Shown here piece after piece: positions 28,080 to 40,579 of a DNA stretch of 64,000 bases. The translations under genes were made by a program, and so were the position numbers. Position 1 is the stretch's first letter. Every line of letters begins with the position of its first letter. Location: positions 20,832,001 through 20,896,000 of the forward strand of contig NC_043005.1 of the NCBI RefSeq assembly GCF_006345805.1. The letters run 5' to 3'. Origin of the DNA: Octopus sinensis. Taxonomy: Eukaryota. The notes under the pieces are model-generated. The model was not told the DNA's origin, ran no database searches, and saw nothing but the letters and a program-made list of their open reading frames with translations.

Positions 28080-28418
28080 GAAACCATCAATTCTTTGCAA
28101 ATTTAACAGAAGTTAACTTTAATCCATTAACGTTAGCTTTCATTGAAAAAGGCATATTTACATTTTAATACCTCACTGACTGTGTTGCCTCATAACTTCC
28201 AGAAAAATGGATACTTTTTAATGAAACCTAATTGCTTATAACCTGTAGAATGGGAGGAAACCAATTCTTTGCAAATTTGAAGATCCATTAACGTTAGCTT
28301 TCATTGAAAAAGGCATATTTACATTTTAATACCTCACTGACTGTGTTGCCTCATAACTTCCAGAAAAATGGATACTTTTTAATGAAACCTAATTGCTTAT
28401 AACCTGTAGAATGGGAGG
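28080..28418. repeat. Local direct duplication (about 136 bp identical core)
   Basis: atccattaacgttagctttcattgaaaaagg...cctgtagaatgggagg occurs at about 28122-28257 and 28283-28418. Confidence 0.9.
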
Positions 28419-28489
28419 TGAAGATTTATTGGAAACAAATTTTTTTAGGGGTTAGAGACTGTCACTACATATACCTGATGATTGTATAA

Positions 28490-29260
28490 TGCATGATATC
28501 ACCCACATCAAAATCAGTTGTCCGAAAATGTCATCACAGTATTATCTACTGATGAGACATGATATTGTAGCTATGACACTCTACAATGGAATCTTTTGGC
28601 AGGATAACCCTGAGGAGAAAGAAATAAGAACCCACTGCATGGTAGAATCCATAACCACTCTTAAGAAAAAGGAGCATTGATGGAATGTCCCAGTAAAGAC
28701 CTCAATGAACTCTAAGCACAACAGACCTGATATAATGATTTGGGATAGAGAAGAGAAATTGCATACAGTTGTGGAAATTAGCTGCCTACCAGATGTTAAC
28801 ATAAAGCTGAAAATCAGTGAAGAAGAGAATATCTATACTGAACTATTGAGAAATTTGCAGTTACACTATCCAGATTACAACTTCAGGCTTATGACTGTAA
28901 TTACTGGGGCCCTGGCATATGTAACACTCTCTAAATACCATTTGTGCGAAATTAGGCTTCTCAAAACCAGGAAGCAGAAAGCTAATTCGAAGACTACAGA
29001 TCCAATCCATCACTGGAACAGTAACAATCTGTAAAACTTTCCAGAAGTTTATCATTTAAATATATATCAACATGTCTAGATATGCAAGTATATGCATGAG
29101 AATACATGCATAAAACAAAACATATGAATCTGCACATATACATATATACAAACAAATATACTCGGTTGTTAATGTTGAAATTCCAATGAAGGAATCTTGG
29201 ATCGAGGTTAGAAACTGGCTCTTTCTCTATTGGCAAGAAATCTTGAAATAAAACGTAACA
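28490..29260 (+). mobile_element. RLE-type LINE 3' end
   Basis: ORF 28705-29034 KHNRPDIMIWDREEKLHTVVEISC..D....K..E...Y (PD-D/ExK-like restriction endonuclease). Confidence 0.75.
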
Positions 29261-29418
29261 ATGACATACATAAACATATATATGCCTATTTCGTCTGTGT
29301 ACATGGTTCTTCCGTATGTTTCAGTCAAATCTTTATTCTAAATTTGTCATTATCTCCCCATCCTTACACTTCTCCTAACATATAATTACCATTGATACCG
29401 TTTTCTCGATCATTCCAG

Positions 29419-29585
29419 TGTTTTCCAAAGTGGATTGTGGACCACCAAAAGACATTGCTAGTGCTCAAAGTCCTATAAAAGCACTACCTATAAATCTAAA
29501 GTAATCACTTGTCCAGAAGGAGAAACATTAAAATCGAGATGTGAAGACGACAATAAATGGACTCCAGTACCATCTACCTGTAAAG
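29419..29585 (+). pseudogene. Exon S3: Sushi/CCP exon with frameshift (pseudo-exon or assembly error)
   Basis: Intact cattccag| acceptor and G|GTAATG donor, but 167 bp instead of 171. A 1-bp deletion near 29465 and loss of the Tyr codon before TC give an in-frame TAA at 29502-29504. Conceptual repair: VFSKVDCGPPKDIA...TCPEGETLKSRCEDDNKWTPVPSTCK. Confidence 0.8.
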
Positions 29586-31589
29586 GTAATGTAAAGAGGC
29601 TCTCTCTTGTTGTTTCCAACTACATTATTTAAAAAAAATTTTTTTTGTGCTAAGTGTTTTTGTCAGAGGAAGAAACGCTGTGTCCATGCCAATTTCCATT
29701 GGGAATTTCACTGTTGGGAAAGAAAGAAGTTATTGTCAGAGCAGAAACCTCTTCAAATGCCTGCAAGAGCGTCGGCTTTGTGAGCACAGGAAGAATGGAA
29801 TCTTGTCCCTACCTGAAATTTCCATGGAGTTTTCATCAACTAAATTTCATGTGCAAGGCCTAGATGTGAAGCAAATTCTTAAGCATAGAAAACCCTGCGC
29901 AATAGTCCATTGTTTTTAAGCAAAACTATTATGACCACAGCTATAACTCAGCTCATGTAATTTTTTTCTATAATTTCTCTCTTGACTTTTCTCATCCATA
30001 TTTTGTGTCATGATCTATTACTCGGTACAATACAATGCACTGTGTTCTTCTTTACTAGAATTCAGCAATCCTCTGAAGTAGCCTTCTGATGCTCAAGTGA
30101 TATTCCATCCAGTCCATAATCCTAAATTATAATAACACAAATAATAATCATGATTCTTTCTAAATTGGGAAAAGAAAGCCAATAATTTTCTATATGTTGT
30201 AGATTGACTTCCATTTTGTTGTTTTTAGATAGATTACTGGTTTGAGGATGTATCCATCGGTTACAATTCAATTAAGTTTAATATCCACTAATTAAGTTGA
30301 CTATCCACTAATTAAAATCAGAAAAATATCATGGTTTTTATAACTTACCTTGGAAATTTCTAGAAGCCTTCTGAAATATCATTTAAAATAGTTTAGGCTA
30401 AAACTGAGAATGATTTTGGCTGAAATCTATGTATGCATGTTTAAAATGTGAACTGTCATTTTGAGAATGTGTTTGTGATAAAATATCTTCGTTTATGAAC
30501 TTTGTAGCTTGTGTCGAGGTGAATAGATGTGAGTTGTACATGAGAGATTGCGTGTAGAGCTACAGAGAAGACATATGTCTTTGACTAAAACTGGCAGGAA
30601 CTTAGAACTTTTACTGTGTAGCTCAGAATGAGGTTGGTGTCCCAGAACGAGGCTACTGTATCAAAGCAAGGCTAGATGTCTCATCGATGTATTCGTCTGC
30701 TGTGTCGGTCAGCTTACATATTACTATGTAATATTTAGCTCTGCTAAAAATATTTTCAGCCATTGAGAGAACTTATAGATTTTGTTTAGTTTTCATTTCC
30801 TATAATCATACAAACAAAAAGCTTTTACTACAAATAGATGATGTTTAGTGAGTATCATCAACTCCAGTTCTTCACTAGTATTTTACACTTTTGACCTTTG
30901 CAGAAATGAAAGGCAAAATTGACACTGGCTGGATTTAAACTGAATACATGAAGTGCTTGAATACATATCATAAAGAATTTCTCTCAATTCTGACACCAAC
31001 TTGTGTGTTTTTCCACTGAAAATGATGAAAGTGAAATTGTATTTGGTTTCCAGGGCAAAATGTTGCATAATCAGTAAATTCATGTCTTGCAGTGACTAGC
31101 CATATATAGTTACTTCTTTTATATTCTGGATTCAAAGACTATCTGGATATATATTCACCTTTCATCATTCAAAGGTTGATAGCACTAGTTCTAACCAAGT
31201 ACTGAGTTTCATGTATTCATTTCTTTATATGCATTCTCAATGCAAAATGTGTCGCTTTGCATTTGTATTAGAAATCATCATAAATACTGTTTTTATCCAC
31301 AATAATTGTAATTATTTCAGTTGTTAAAGGTGATGCATTTGCAGAATCATTAGAACATCAGATAAAATGTGTGGTGGTATTTGTTTTGGCACTTCAGCTT
31401 CTAATTCCAAATTCTACTGATTATAATTTTGCTGTTGCAGGGCCAAGAAATTACAATCGCAGTCAAGAGTAGAGGCCATATTTTATTGATTTCCTCCTAC
31501 CTAAAATTTTTATCTTTTCTATGGTAGAAATTATTATTGTTGTTATTCTTTGTGTCTTTACATTCATCTAAATCTTACTCCAATTCCAG

Positions 31590-31826
31590 TCGCTGAGTTG
31601 CATTTTGCAAAAGTCGCAGATGCAATTCTGGATGTATCTGGGAAAACATTGGTGAAGAAAAATATAACAGCTGATGCTTGTGGAGAAAGATGTTTGTCTG
31701 AGCCAAATTGTATAGCATTTGAAATAACTAAAAGAGGTGGAAACTGTTACTTAGCATCTGAAACTGCAGATTCCACCAAGAAAATGAAATCAGACAAAAG
31801 CAGAGATTATTACCAACGAATAAAAC
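31590..31826 (+). CDS. Exon B2: PAN/Apple-like domain type B
   Basis: attccag| acceptor, 237 bp, VAELHFAKVADAILD...DACGERCLSEPNCIAFEITKRGGNCYLAS...SRDYYQRIK, donor C|GTAATT; phase 1-1. Confidence 0.9.
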
Positions 31827-32269
31827 GTAATTATTCTTTGAATTTTACTATTGGACTTTCTTTTCCTGTTCTCCTGAAATTTGTGAATCCATTTGTACTT
31901 TATAGTGTATAAACAACCATTTTTGTAAACGCATTGAAAAATTTACCTAGAAGGACAGGTATGGAATAGTTTCTGAAAAAGAAAAAGTAATATTAGGCAC
32001 TGTAAATACCCTGAGGGCATTGTCATATGGACTTTAACCACCTTGAAAAATGTTATGTTTGTTTGTAATTTTTTTTTTCTTTCTGCCAAAAAGGAAATGC
32101 TTGTTGTTTGCCTTAAACCTGAATAAGTGTATTTATTGGAGCACCTTGTGTCTTACATGTGTAACGGGGTTACTACCTGCAGCCTACAGTACAATGCTAT
32201 CCATTCTTTTCAACTAATACTGGGAAAAATGGAGTAGCACAAGAGGTAATGAAGAGGTGTGATTTTGAC

Positions 32270-33360
32270 AATATCGTCTTTCATTTGTGGCAGATGCACA
32301 GGGGCAATTAACACATGCCAGGGGGAGAAACTAGAAGTAGTTGATAGCTTCTGCTACCTAGGTGACCAAGTCTGTAGTGGGCTAGGTGCTCAGGGAGCAT
32401 TACCAATAGAATAAGAATAGCCTGGGCAAAGCTTAGAAAGCTTCTACTCCTACTGGTGATAAAGGGCCTCTCATCAAAAGTAAAAGATAGATTGTATGAT
32501 GTATTTGTGGAAACTGCCATGCTTTGCAGCATTGAAACATGGGCCATGACTGCAGATAACATGCATAGGCTCAAAAGAAACGAAGCTAGCATGGATGTGT
32601 AATGTCAGTATGCACGTACAACAGAGTGTAAGCGCCCTGATAGAAATGTTGGACAGAAGAGGCATCGGATGTGGTGTGCAAGAAAGATGTTTGCATTCGT
32701 ATGGTCATGTACTACGGATGGATGAAGAGAGCTGTTTGAAGAGTGCCACTCCCAAACAGTTGAAGAAATCTGCGTTAGAGGAAGACATAAGATGAGGTCG
32801 TCAAGCATGACCTTTGAACGTTGGGCTTCACAGAGGCAATGACGAAAGATAGAGAACTCTGGAGATATGCTGTGACTGAGATGACATGGCAAATACAGTT
32901 CACAGCTGTAACCTACACCAGTGTTGCATAGTCAGCCCACTCAAAAGTACCTTGGATTGTATGGTGACCTGCTGTGCTTGAGGAGACCTATTGAGTCAAG
33001 TACATCAAAATCAAAATCAAATAGAAATTGTAGTTGTGATCCCCATACTGGTGGCATATAAAAAACACCATCCAAACGTGGCCCTTGACAGGGCTACCTT
33101 GATTGGCTTCCATGCCCGGTGGTATGTAAAAAGCACTAAATGATCATGGTCATTGCCAGCCTCTTTTGGCCCCTGTTCTGGTGGCATGTAAAAAGCACCC
33201 ACTACAGTCTTGGAGTGGTTGGCGTAAGGAAGGGCATCCAGCTGTAGAAAGACTGCTAGATCAGACTGGAGCATGGCGCAGTCTCCTGGCTTCCCAGACC
33301 CCAGTTGAACTGTCCAACTCATGCCAGCATGGTAAATAGAGGTTACGCGATGATGATGAT
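32270..33360 (+). mobile_element. RTE LINE 3' fragment with (GAT)n tail
   Basis: Similar to 11200-12470; ends ...gttacgcgatgatgatgat. Confidence 0.8.
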
Positions 33361-33619
33361 TATATATATATATAGATATATGTATGTATATATATCTATA
33401 TAAGAGTATTCTAGTTTGATGGAAGCATTGCATATTGTTTGCGAAATATATCGTGTCTTAAATGGCACAACAATGCAGAGTGAACTATAATAACTATTAT
33501 AATTTAATTATTCTTAATCTGAGATAATATTTCCGAATAAGAAATTCTTTCTTCAGATATTATTAGGAATTTATTGAGTTGCTGCTATATATCTATATGT
33601 ATATATATATATATATATA

Positions 33620-36600
33620 TGACCAAAGACTTGAGGTATTTCGTGTTGCAAGACAGTGTGTGAAAGAGAACCATGATGTTGTAGGAGAGAAATGTGTTCG
33701 CATGGATGATGGTTTGCTTGCACTAAACAAGGCTGCAAAGAGAGAGATTTGGAGACACCACTATGAAAGGTTGCTGAAAAAAGAAAATGAATGGGAGAAA
33801 GAGAGTCTGCCAAATGTCGACGCAACAGAGGGACCAGCTATCTGAGTTGACAGTACCTAGGTAGATAAAGCAATTAAGAGTATAAAGACAGGGAAAGCAC
33901 CTGGCCCGTCAGGAATCAATGCAGAGATGCTCAAAATATCTGGCAGTGTCAGCTATAGCCTAGTCACCAGTATAGTTAACGAAGGAGTCATACCCATTGA
34001 CTGGTGTAGCAGCACCATAGTCAACTGCTACAAAGGAAAATGTGATGCTTTAGATACAAATAATTACAGAGGTATCAATTTGTTAGATCAGGTAATGAAG
34101 GTCACTGAGAGGGTCATAGCCCAACTTATTAGGGAGAGAGTCAGTTTAGATGAGATGCAGTTTGGGTTCGTGCCAGAGAAAAGCACCACTGATGCGATAT
34201 TTCTGGTAAGACAGCTGCAGGAGAAATACCTAGCTAAAGATAAACCTCTGTATCTGGGTTTTGTTGACATGGAGAAAGCCTTTGACAGGGTCCCCCAATC
34301 CCTTATCTTGTGGTCAATGAGGAAACTAGGGATAGATGAATGGTTAGTGAGAGCTGTACAAGCCATGTAGAGGACGCTGTCAGTAAGGTGAGGGTTGGCA
34401 ATGAGTGCAGTGAAGAATTCTGTTGGAGGTAGGAGTCCACTAAGGTTCAGTCCTCAGCACCCCCCTATTTATCATAGCCCTCCTCGCAATAACAGAGGAA
34501 TTCAAGACAGGATGCCTCTGGGAGCTCCTCTAAGCTGACGACCTTGCTCTAATTGCTGAGTCACTATCAGAACTAGAAGAGAAGTTTCAAGTGTGGAAAC
34601 AAGAATTAGAATCGAAGGGCCTTAGAGTCAACCTAGCTAAAACCAAAGTCCTAATAAGTAGGAAGGCAGGCAAACCACAAATCCCTTCAGGCAAATGGCC
34701 CTGCCTGATCTGTAGTAGAGGCGTTGGTAGAAACTCTATAAGATGTACCCAGTGTAAGCTATGGACACATAAGAGGTGCAGCAATATCAAAGGAACGCTA
34801 ACTGGGAAGATAGTTTTTATCTGTGGCAGATGCTCTGGAACAATAAACACTGAAAATGTGCAGAGAACAACTTCCACCACATTCCAGGGAGAAAAACCAG
34901 AAGTAGTTGATAGCGTCCGTTACCCAGGTGACCTAGTCAGTTGCTGGGGGGGGGGGTGCTCTGAATGTGTTGCAGCTAGAATAAGAATAGCTTGGGCAAA
35001 GTTCAGAGAGCTCTTACTTCTGCTGGAGACAAAGTGCCTCTTTCTCAGAGTAAAAGGTAGAATGTATGATGCATGTAAGTTAAGTTAATTTTTTGGCTCA
35101 AAAAGCAAAAAGCAAGGCCATGTAGGGGGACATGGAGTTATGTACAGGGAGGATGTTCATGCAAAGAGTTCAGGCCATTTCTGGTCAAGAGAGACTTTGA
35201 ACTGAGCGGTCGTTGGCATCTTCACTATCTCATCCGGCAGCATATTCCATGGATCCGCAACCCGGACGGTGAAAGCCCCTCTCCTTCGATGGAGATGAAA
35301 TCGTCGCAGATAGAGTTTTTCGGAGTGACCCCGCAGCCGACGCTCTGGAGCAGGAGTGAAGAACAGTTCTTTCGAGAGGTTACACTTTCCGCTTATGATG
35401 TTGTGAGTAAGAATGAGATCACCACGGCGTCATCGTTTTTCTAGACAATAAAGGTTGAGTGTCTTCAGCCTTTCTTCATAAGACAAATGCTTGAGACCAA
35501 GAACCATGCGGGTAGCCAGCTTCTGGACTCTTTCAAGATGATGTATGTCTTTGAGGAGATAAGGAGAAGAGGCTTGACTCCTGTACTCCAATATAGGTCT
35601 CACCAGCGTGACATAGAGCGGTAGGAATATGGCTGCTGTGAGCATTCCGAATGATCATCGAATCAAAAACAGAACTCCACGTGCTTTGTTAGCAGCATGG
35701 ACTCACTGGGCCGAAGGCGAAAAGGAAGAATCCAGTAAGATACCCAGGTCCTTTACCTGGTCAGTCCTCTCTAGCAGCAGACGACTTGGCTCGAAATCAA
35801 GTTGAGTTGCAGGAGAAGAGCCAACAGGCAGATGACAGCACTTTGACATGTTCAGACACAGGTCCCATTCGTTAGACCATCTCCAAACTTGGTGGAGGCA
35901 TCGACGAAGATCATCTATATCACCACGAGGAGCGACAAGGATCACAGTCCTGACGGCATACACTCACAGGTTATCAAAGCGTTGGCTCCGGTCATCTGCG
36001 AACCTTTAACACTTCTATTCAATATGTCATTGGTGACGGGTGTTATACCTGTGGACTGGAGAACAGCGGTAATCTGCCCAATTTTCAAGAAAGGGAGCCG
36101 CGAAGACCCGCTCAACTACCGACCGGTTTCCCTTACAGCAAGATGTTCGAAACCATCCTTAGAAAAAGTATGTTGCTCCACCTCCAAAACACAGCCTCTA
36201 TTCCCAACACTGCTTTGTGCCGAAGAGATCATGCTTGACCAACTTACTGGTAATGGAAGGATTGGTGACGCATATCCTGGATGATGGTGATGCTGTTGAC
36301 ATCGTTTTTTGGACTTTGCCAAAGCTTTTAACTCAGTTAACCACCGCCTATTACTTGTCAAGCTTCAAGCATATAGTTTCCATCCAGATATTGTACGATG
36401 GGTTGGTGCCTTCCTCTCAGATCGCTCCTTCCAAGTCCAAGTTAATGGTTCGCTGTCCGACGTCTCCAGTGCAAGCAGTGGCGTGCCTGAAGGTTCAGTG
36501 CTTGGGTCATTATTTAGTCTTCATAAATGACTTGCCTGACGACCTCACTCAACACACCCTTCTATTTGCATGTGTATGAACAGCCATGCTACATGGCAGT

Positions 36601-37510
36601 GAAACATGAGCTGTGACTGCTGAGGACATGTGTAAGCTTGCAAGGAATGAAGCCAGTATGATCTGATGGATGTGTAATGTCAGTGTGCATACTCGACAGT
36701 GTGTAAGTACCTTGAGAGAAAAGTTGGACCTAAGAAGCATCAGATGTGGTGTGCAAGAGAGATGAATGCACTGGTATGGTCATGTGGCAAGAATGGATGA
36801 GGATAGCTGTGTGAAAAAGTGCCACACCCTAGTGGTTGAGGGAACCTGTGGAAGAGGTAGACCCAGGAAGACCTGGGATAAAGTGGTGGAGCACAACCTT
36901 CAAACATTAGGCCCCACCGAAGCAATGACTAGTGAGTGAGACCTTTGGAAATATGCTGTGCTTGAGAAGACCCAGCAAAACAAATGAGACAATAACCTTG
37001 TGACCTATGCCAGGGGTGTAACCAACCCACTTATGCGTACCTTTCTTCATTGGACACTAAACTCTGCATCTGAAGACCTGTTGAGGCAAGTGAAATCAAA
37101 ATCAAATTTCATGACTAGCATCCGTGCTAGTGGAGCGCTAACAGCACCATCCGAGTGTGATTGTTGCCAGAGCAGCTAACTGGTTTCCATGCCAGTGGCA
37201 CATAAAAAGCACCATTCGAGCATGATCATATCCAGCGTCGCCGTACTGGTACTTGTGCCGGTGACACTTGAAAAAAACATTCGAATGAGGTCCATGCTAG
37301 TACCGCCTGATTGGCACTTGTGCCAGCAGCATGTAAAAGCACCCACTACACTCTCGGAGTGGTTGGTGTTAGGAAGGGCATCTAGCTGTAGAAACTCTGC
37401 CAGATCAGGATTGGAGCCTGGTTTATCTATCTGATTCACCAGTCCTGAGTCAAATCATCCAACCCATGCTAGCATGGAAAGCATATGTTAAACGATGGTG
37501 GTGATGATGA
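33620..37510 (+). mobile_element. RTE LINE (RT, PHD finger, 3' UTR) interrupted by a CR1 insertion
   Basis: ORFs 33927-34370 (QFGFVPEKSTTDAIF...DMEKAFDRV) and 34591-35088; the element resumes at 36567; (GAT)n tail near 37495-37510. Confidence 0.9.
35077..36566 (-). mobile_element. CR1-clade LINE, 5'-truncated with 5' inversion
   Basis: Minus segment LYVTLVRPILEY...LERVQKLATRMV...YEERL; plus segment SPDGIH...NYRPVSLT, DFAKAF, GVPEGSVLG, LLFA; TSD TGCATGT at 35070-35076 and 36567-36573. Confidence 0.9.
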
Positions 37511-37540
37511 TATATATGTGTGCGTGTGTGTAAATATATG

Positions 37541-37589
<49 letters not shown>

Positions 37590-37768
37590 GGAGAGTTTAC
37601 AAAAAAAAAAGACGAAGACAGGTGGTGTACAAAACAAACAGATGTATTAGTATAACGCTCAGGAATAGAAAAACTCTTTTACGTTTGGAGCCAACACTCT
37701 TCTACAGAAAGGGACACAGAAAATAAGGAGAGAAACAAGTAATACACATATATATATATAAGTAAATA

Positions 37769-37803
<35 letters not shown>

Positions 37804-37808
<5 letters not shown>

Positions 37809-38110
37809 TTATAATTAAGGGCTAAAGAAGGTTATTCTAAAGCTAATACACTGATTTATCCACTTCTGCTTTTTCCATAATCACATGTGAGTATTTTATT
37901 TATATTCCCTCGTAAGCTCTACTGACGACGAATGTATCCTTTATGGGATAAATTCCGAAATTGATTCAATATAGAGATAACGAAATTTAAATTTTCTAAA
38001 GGTTAGTTGCCTGCTTTCAGTTCAATTTTCCTGTAACAAGTGGATTATAAGTGGATAAATCAGTGTATTAGCTTTAGAATAACCTTCTTTAGCCCTTAAT
38101 TATAAGATGT
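37804..38110. repeat. Perfect 62-bp inverted repeat (37804-37865 / 38049-38110) enclosing a hammerhead-like motif; probable Penelope pLTR remnant
   Basis: acatcttataattaagggc...tttatccactt is the exact reverse complement of aagtggataaa...ttataagatgt; embedded between (TA)n tracts. Confidence 0.85.
37916..37976 (+). ncRNA. Type I hammerhead ribozyme-like motif
   Basis: ctcta-CTGACGA-c gaatgtatcct ttat gggataaattc c-GAAA-ttgattcaa-TA-tagag: stems I and II plus a near-palindromic stem III; C-C mismatch at the base of stem II. Confidence 0.65.
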
Positions 38111-38333
38111 TTATACTTCAACCGTAAAGGTTTTTTTTATATACTGCCATGCTTTTTGATGGAATCCTTTTCTGTAGAGATAGGGACTTCATCCTATATT
38201 GTTAGTAGTATATATATATATATATATATACATATATATATACATATACACACACACAACATATACATATGTAAATATATATCTATATCTATCTATCTAT
38301 CTATCTATCTATATCTATCTATCTATCTATCTA

Positions 38334-38404
<71 letters not shown>

Positions 38405-38681
38405 GTGTGTGTGTGTATATATATATATATATACACACATATGCATACTTATCAACATAAAGTCATAAGGTGCCGCACGAGTGGAAATATATATGAAAGA
38501 AGGTTTGAAAATGCAATTATGATATTTGTTGTGTTAAGTACTGATTATCACAAAAGTATTAAAATACAGAAATACATTCTTTGATAATAAGAAAATGTTA
38601 AAAACAGTTTACAATAAAGTTTTTGAGAAAATAATCAGAACGGGACTCCAAAAAGTAGAGTTCAATAAAAATCATGTTTGG

Positions 38682-38723
<42 letters not shown>

Positions 38724-38961
38724 ATATAGTTAATCCAAACATGAAAACACAACAGCGCAAGGACGAGGAAGTATAGTGTTACTGGACGCTCAGGAAAGGA
38801 AAGAAAAAGGAGGATTTAACGTTTCAAGCGGAGCACTTCGTCAAAGACATAGGAAAAGGAAAGATCCAAGGAAGGGAAGACGGAGGAAAACAATCGCCAA
38901 TGGTACACACGTGCTCGACACAGAAGGAGATATATTTAAGAATTTAAGTATTAAGGATTTA

Positions 38962-38995
<34 letters not shown>

Positions 38996-39059
38996 AAATA
39001 TATCTATATATATGTGTGTGTGTGTGTATAAATGTATCCACATATATATATACACACAT

Positions 39060-39560
39060 TGCTGGAGGCTTTCCTGCTCTTCATATCCTTCATACCTTTA
39101 TCTACCCTGCTACTGTCTATTGAGATTGCTGGTCCCTCTGTCAGATCCACTTCAGGTAGCAATCCCTTCTCCCATTCATTCTCTACATCTAGTAGTGTTT
39201 CATAGTGACGTTTCCTTGCCTCTTCCTTTCCAGAGTTACTGTAAGACATTGGCAAACTCCTCCCTTTCTGCTTCACTCCTAGCTAAGTATACCTGCTTCC
39301 TAGCTTCCCTTCTAGCTGCCTGATGTAACTTCTTTCTAGTCCTTCCAATCCTGTTTCTTTGCTGTAAGGGCTTTGAAACCATTTTGTTTCAGCACCACGT
39401 CACCTTAGGACTGGCTAGGACTTTGCATCAACCACAAATTTGGTCTGCAGCACTCAGCAAGTTGTCTTGTAGGAACTTCCACTTACCATCTATGTTACAA
39501 GTTTTTAACTTCTCCTCCTCATCGTCCCCATCGTCCTTCTCCTCCTCCTCCTCCCATCAT
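39060..39560 (-). mobile_element. RTE LINE internal fragment
   Basis: HYETLLDVENEWEKGLLPEVDLTEGPAI matches the 10316-10912 ORF. Confidence 0.7.
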
Positions 39561-40345
39561 ATGCTTCATATAGGATGTCTCTAAATCTTTAACTAATCAA
39601 AGAATCCTTAAGTTTCCAAGGATCCTTTAGCCTCCAGGATCATTATACTCTTTTCAGTAATACCACATTGAATCTTACTATACCATCTTCAACTTTTACT
39701 TGAAATCTTAATGCTAAATAAGGAAACACTACTACTACTAATACTACTTTCTATACTGAAAGTATTAGATGAATACATTGAAGTATTATGCACCGCAGCA
39801 TGGCCACAGCTCGTGAGCTGAAACTAGATAAAATAAAATGAATAAATAAATCTGAAATTTTAAATAAAATATTAGAAAGCCTTCCTGAAAACAGTTTTTA
39901 GCATAAGACATCCTTCTCAAAATCCATGTAAATTCTGGTATAATATGAGTCATACTTTGAACTTCACATTTATGATTCAGTTGCAGATAATACATTTATA
40001 CATCCCTCTTCTGACAGTGTGCTTTTGTTTATGATTTAATGGCCATAACAACACTTATTCATCGACGGTCTACTGAATATCACTTTGACCCTTTGAAAAT
40101 ACATCATTAGAAGTGAGGTTATATAAATGTGTTATTTGAAACTTAAATTTTGAAATGCATTTACAAATGATCTCAAGATGTGCTACAGTTCACATGAATC
40201 TTTTTCAAGTTGTCATTTTGTGGACCAATTATTTGTTTATAATAAATTGTGTATTCAAAACAAATTTTTCACCAGATGTTTTATAATATTAAACGTGTGG
40301 ATTTAAGAATGTATTTCTTGTCTTTTTTCTTTTATATTTCTCCAG

Positions 40346-40579
40346 CAAAAGATGAAATTATTAAATTTAAAAATACTATGATACCAGGAGAAGATACTTT
40401 TGAACGAGTGGATAATGTGAGCTTAAAGGAGTGTGCTCAAGCTTGTCATCATAATCCAAAATGTAATTCTTATGAGTACCATGAAAAACATAAGTTCTGT
40501 GATCAAAGTAATGTGACTCACTTGTCTCATGACCTTCAACCCAGCAAATGGGGTTGGGATGTTTACATCATTAACCCAG
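40346..40579 (+). CDS. Exon A3: PAN/Apple-like domain type A, His-rich variant
   Basis: tctccag| acceptor, 234 bp, KDEIIKFKNTMIPG...SLKECAQACHHNPKCNSYEYHEKHKFCDQS...WDVYIINP, donor G|GTCAGT; phase 1-1. Confidence 0.9.
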
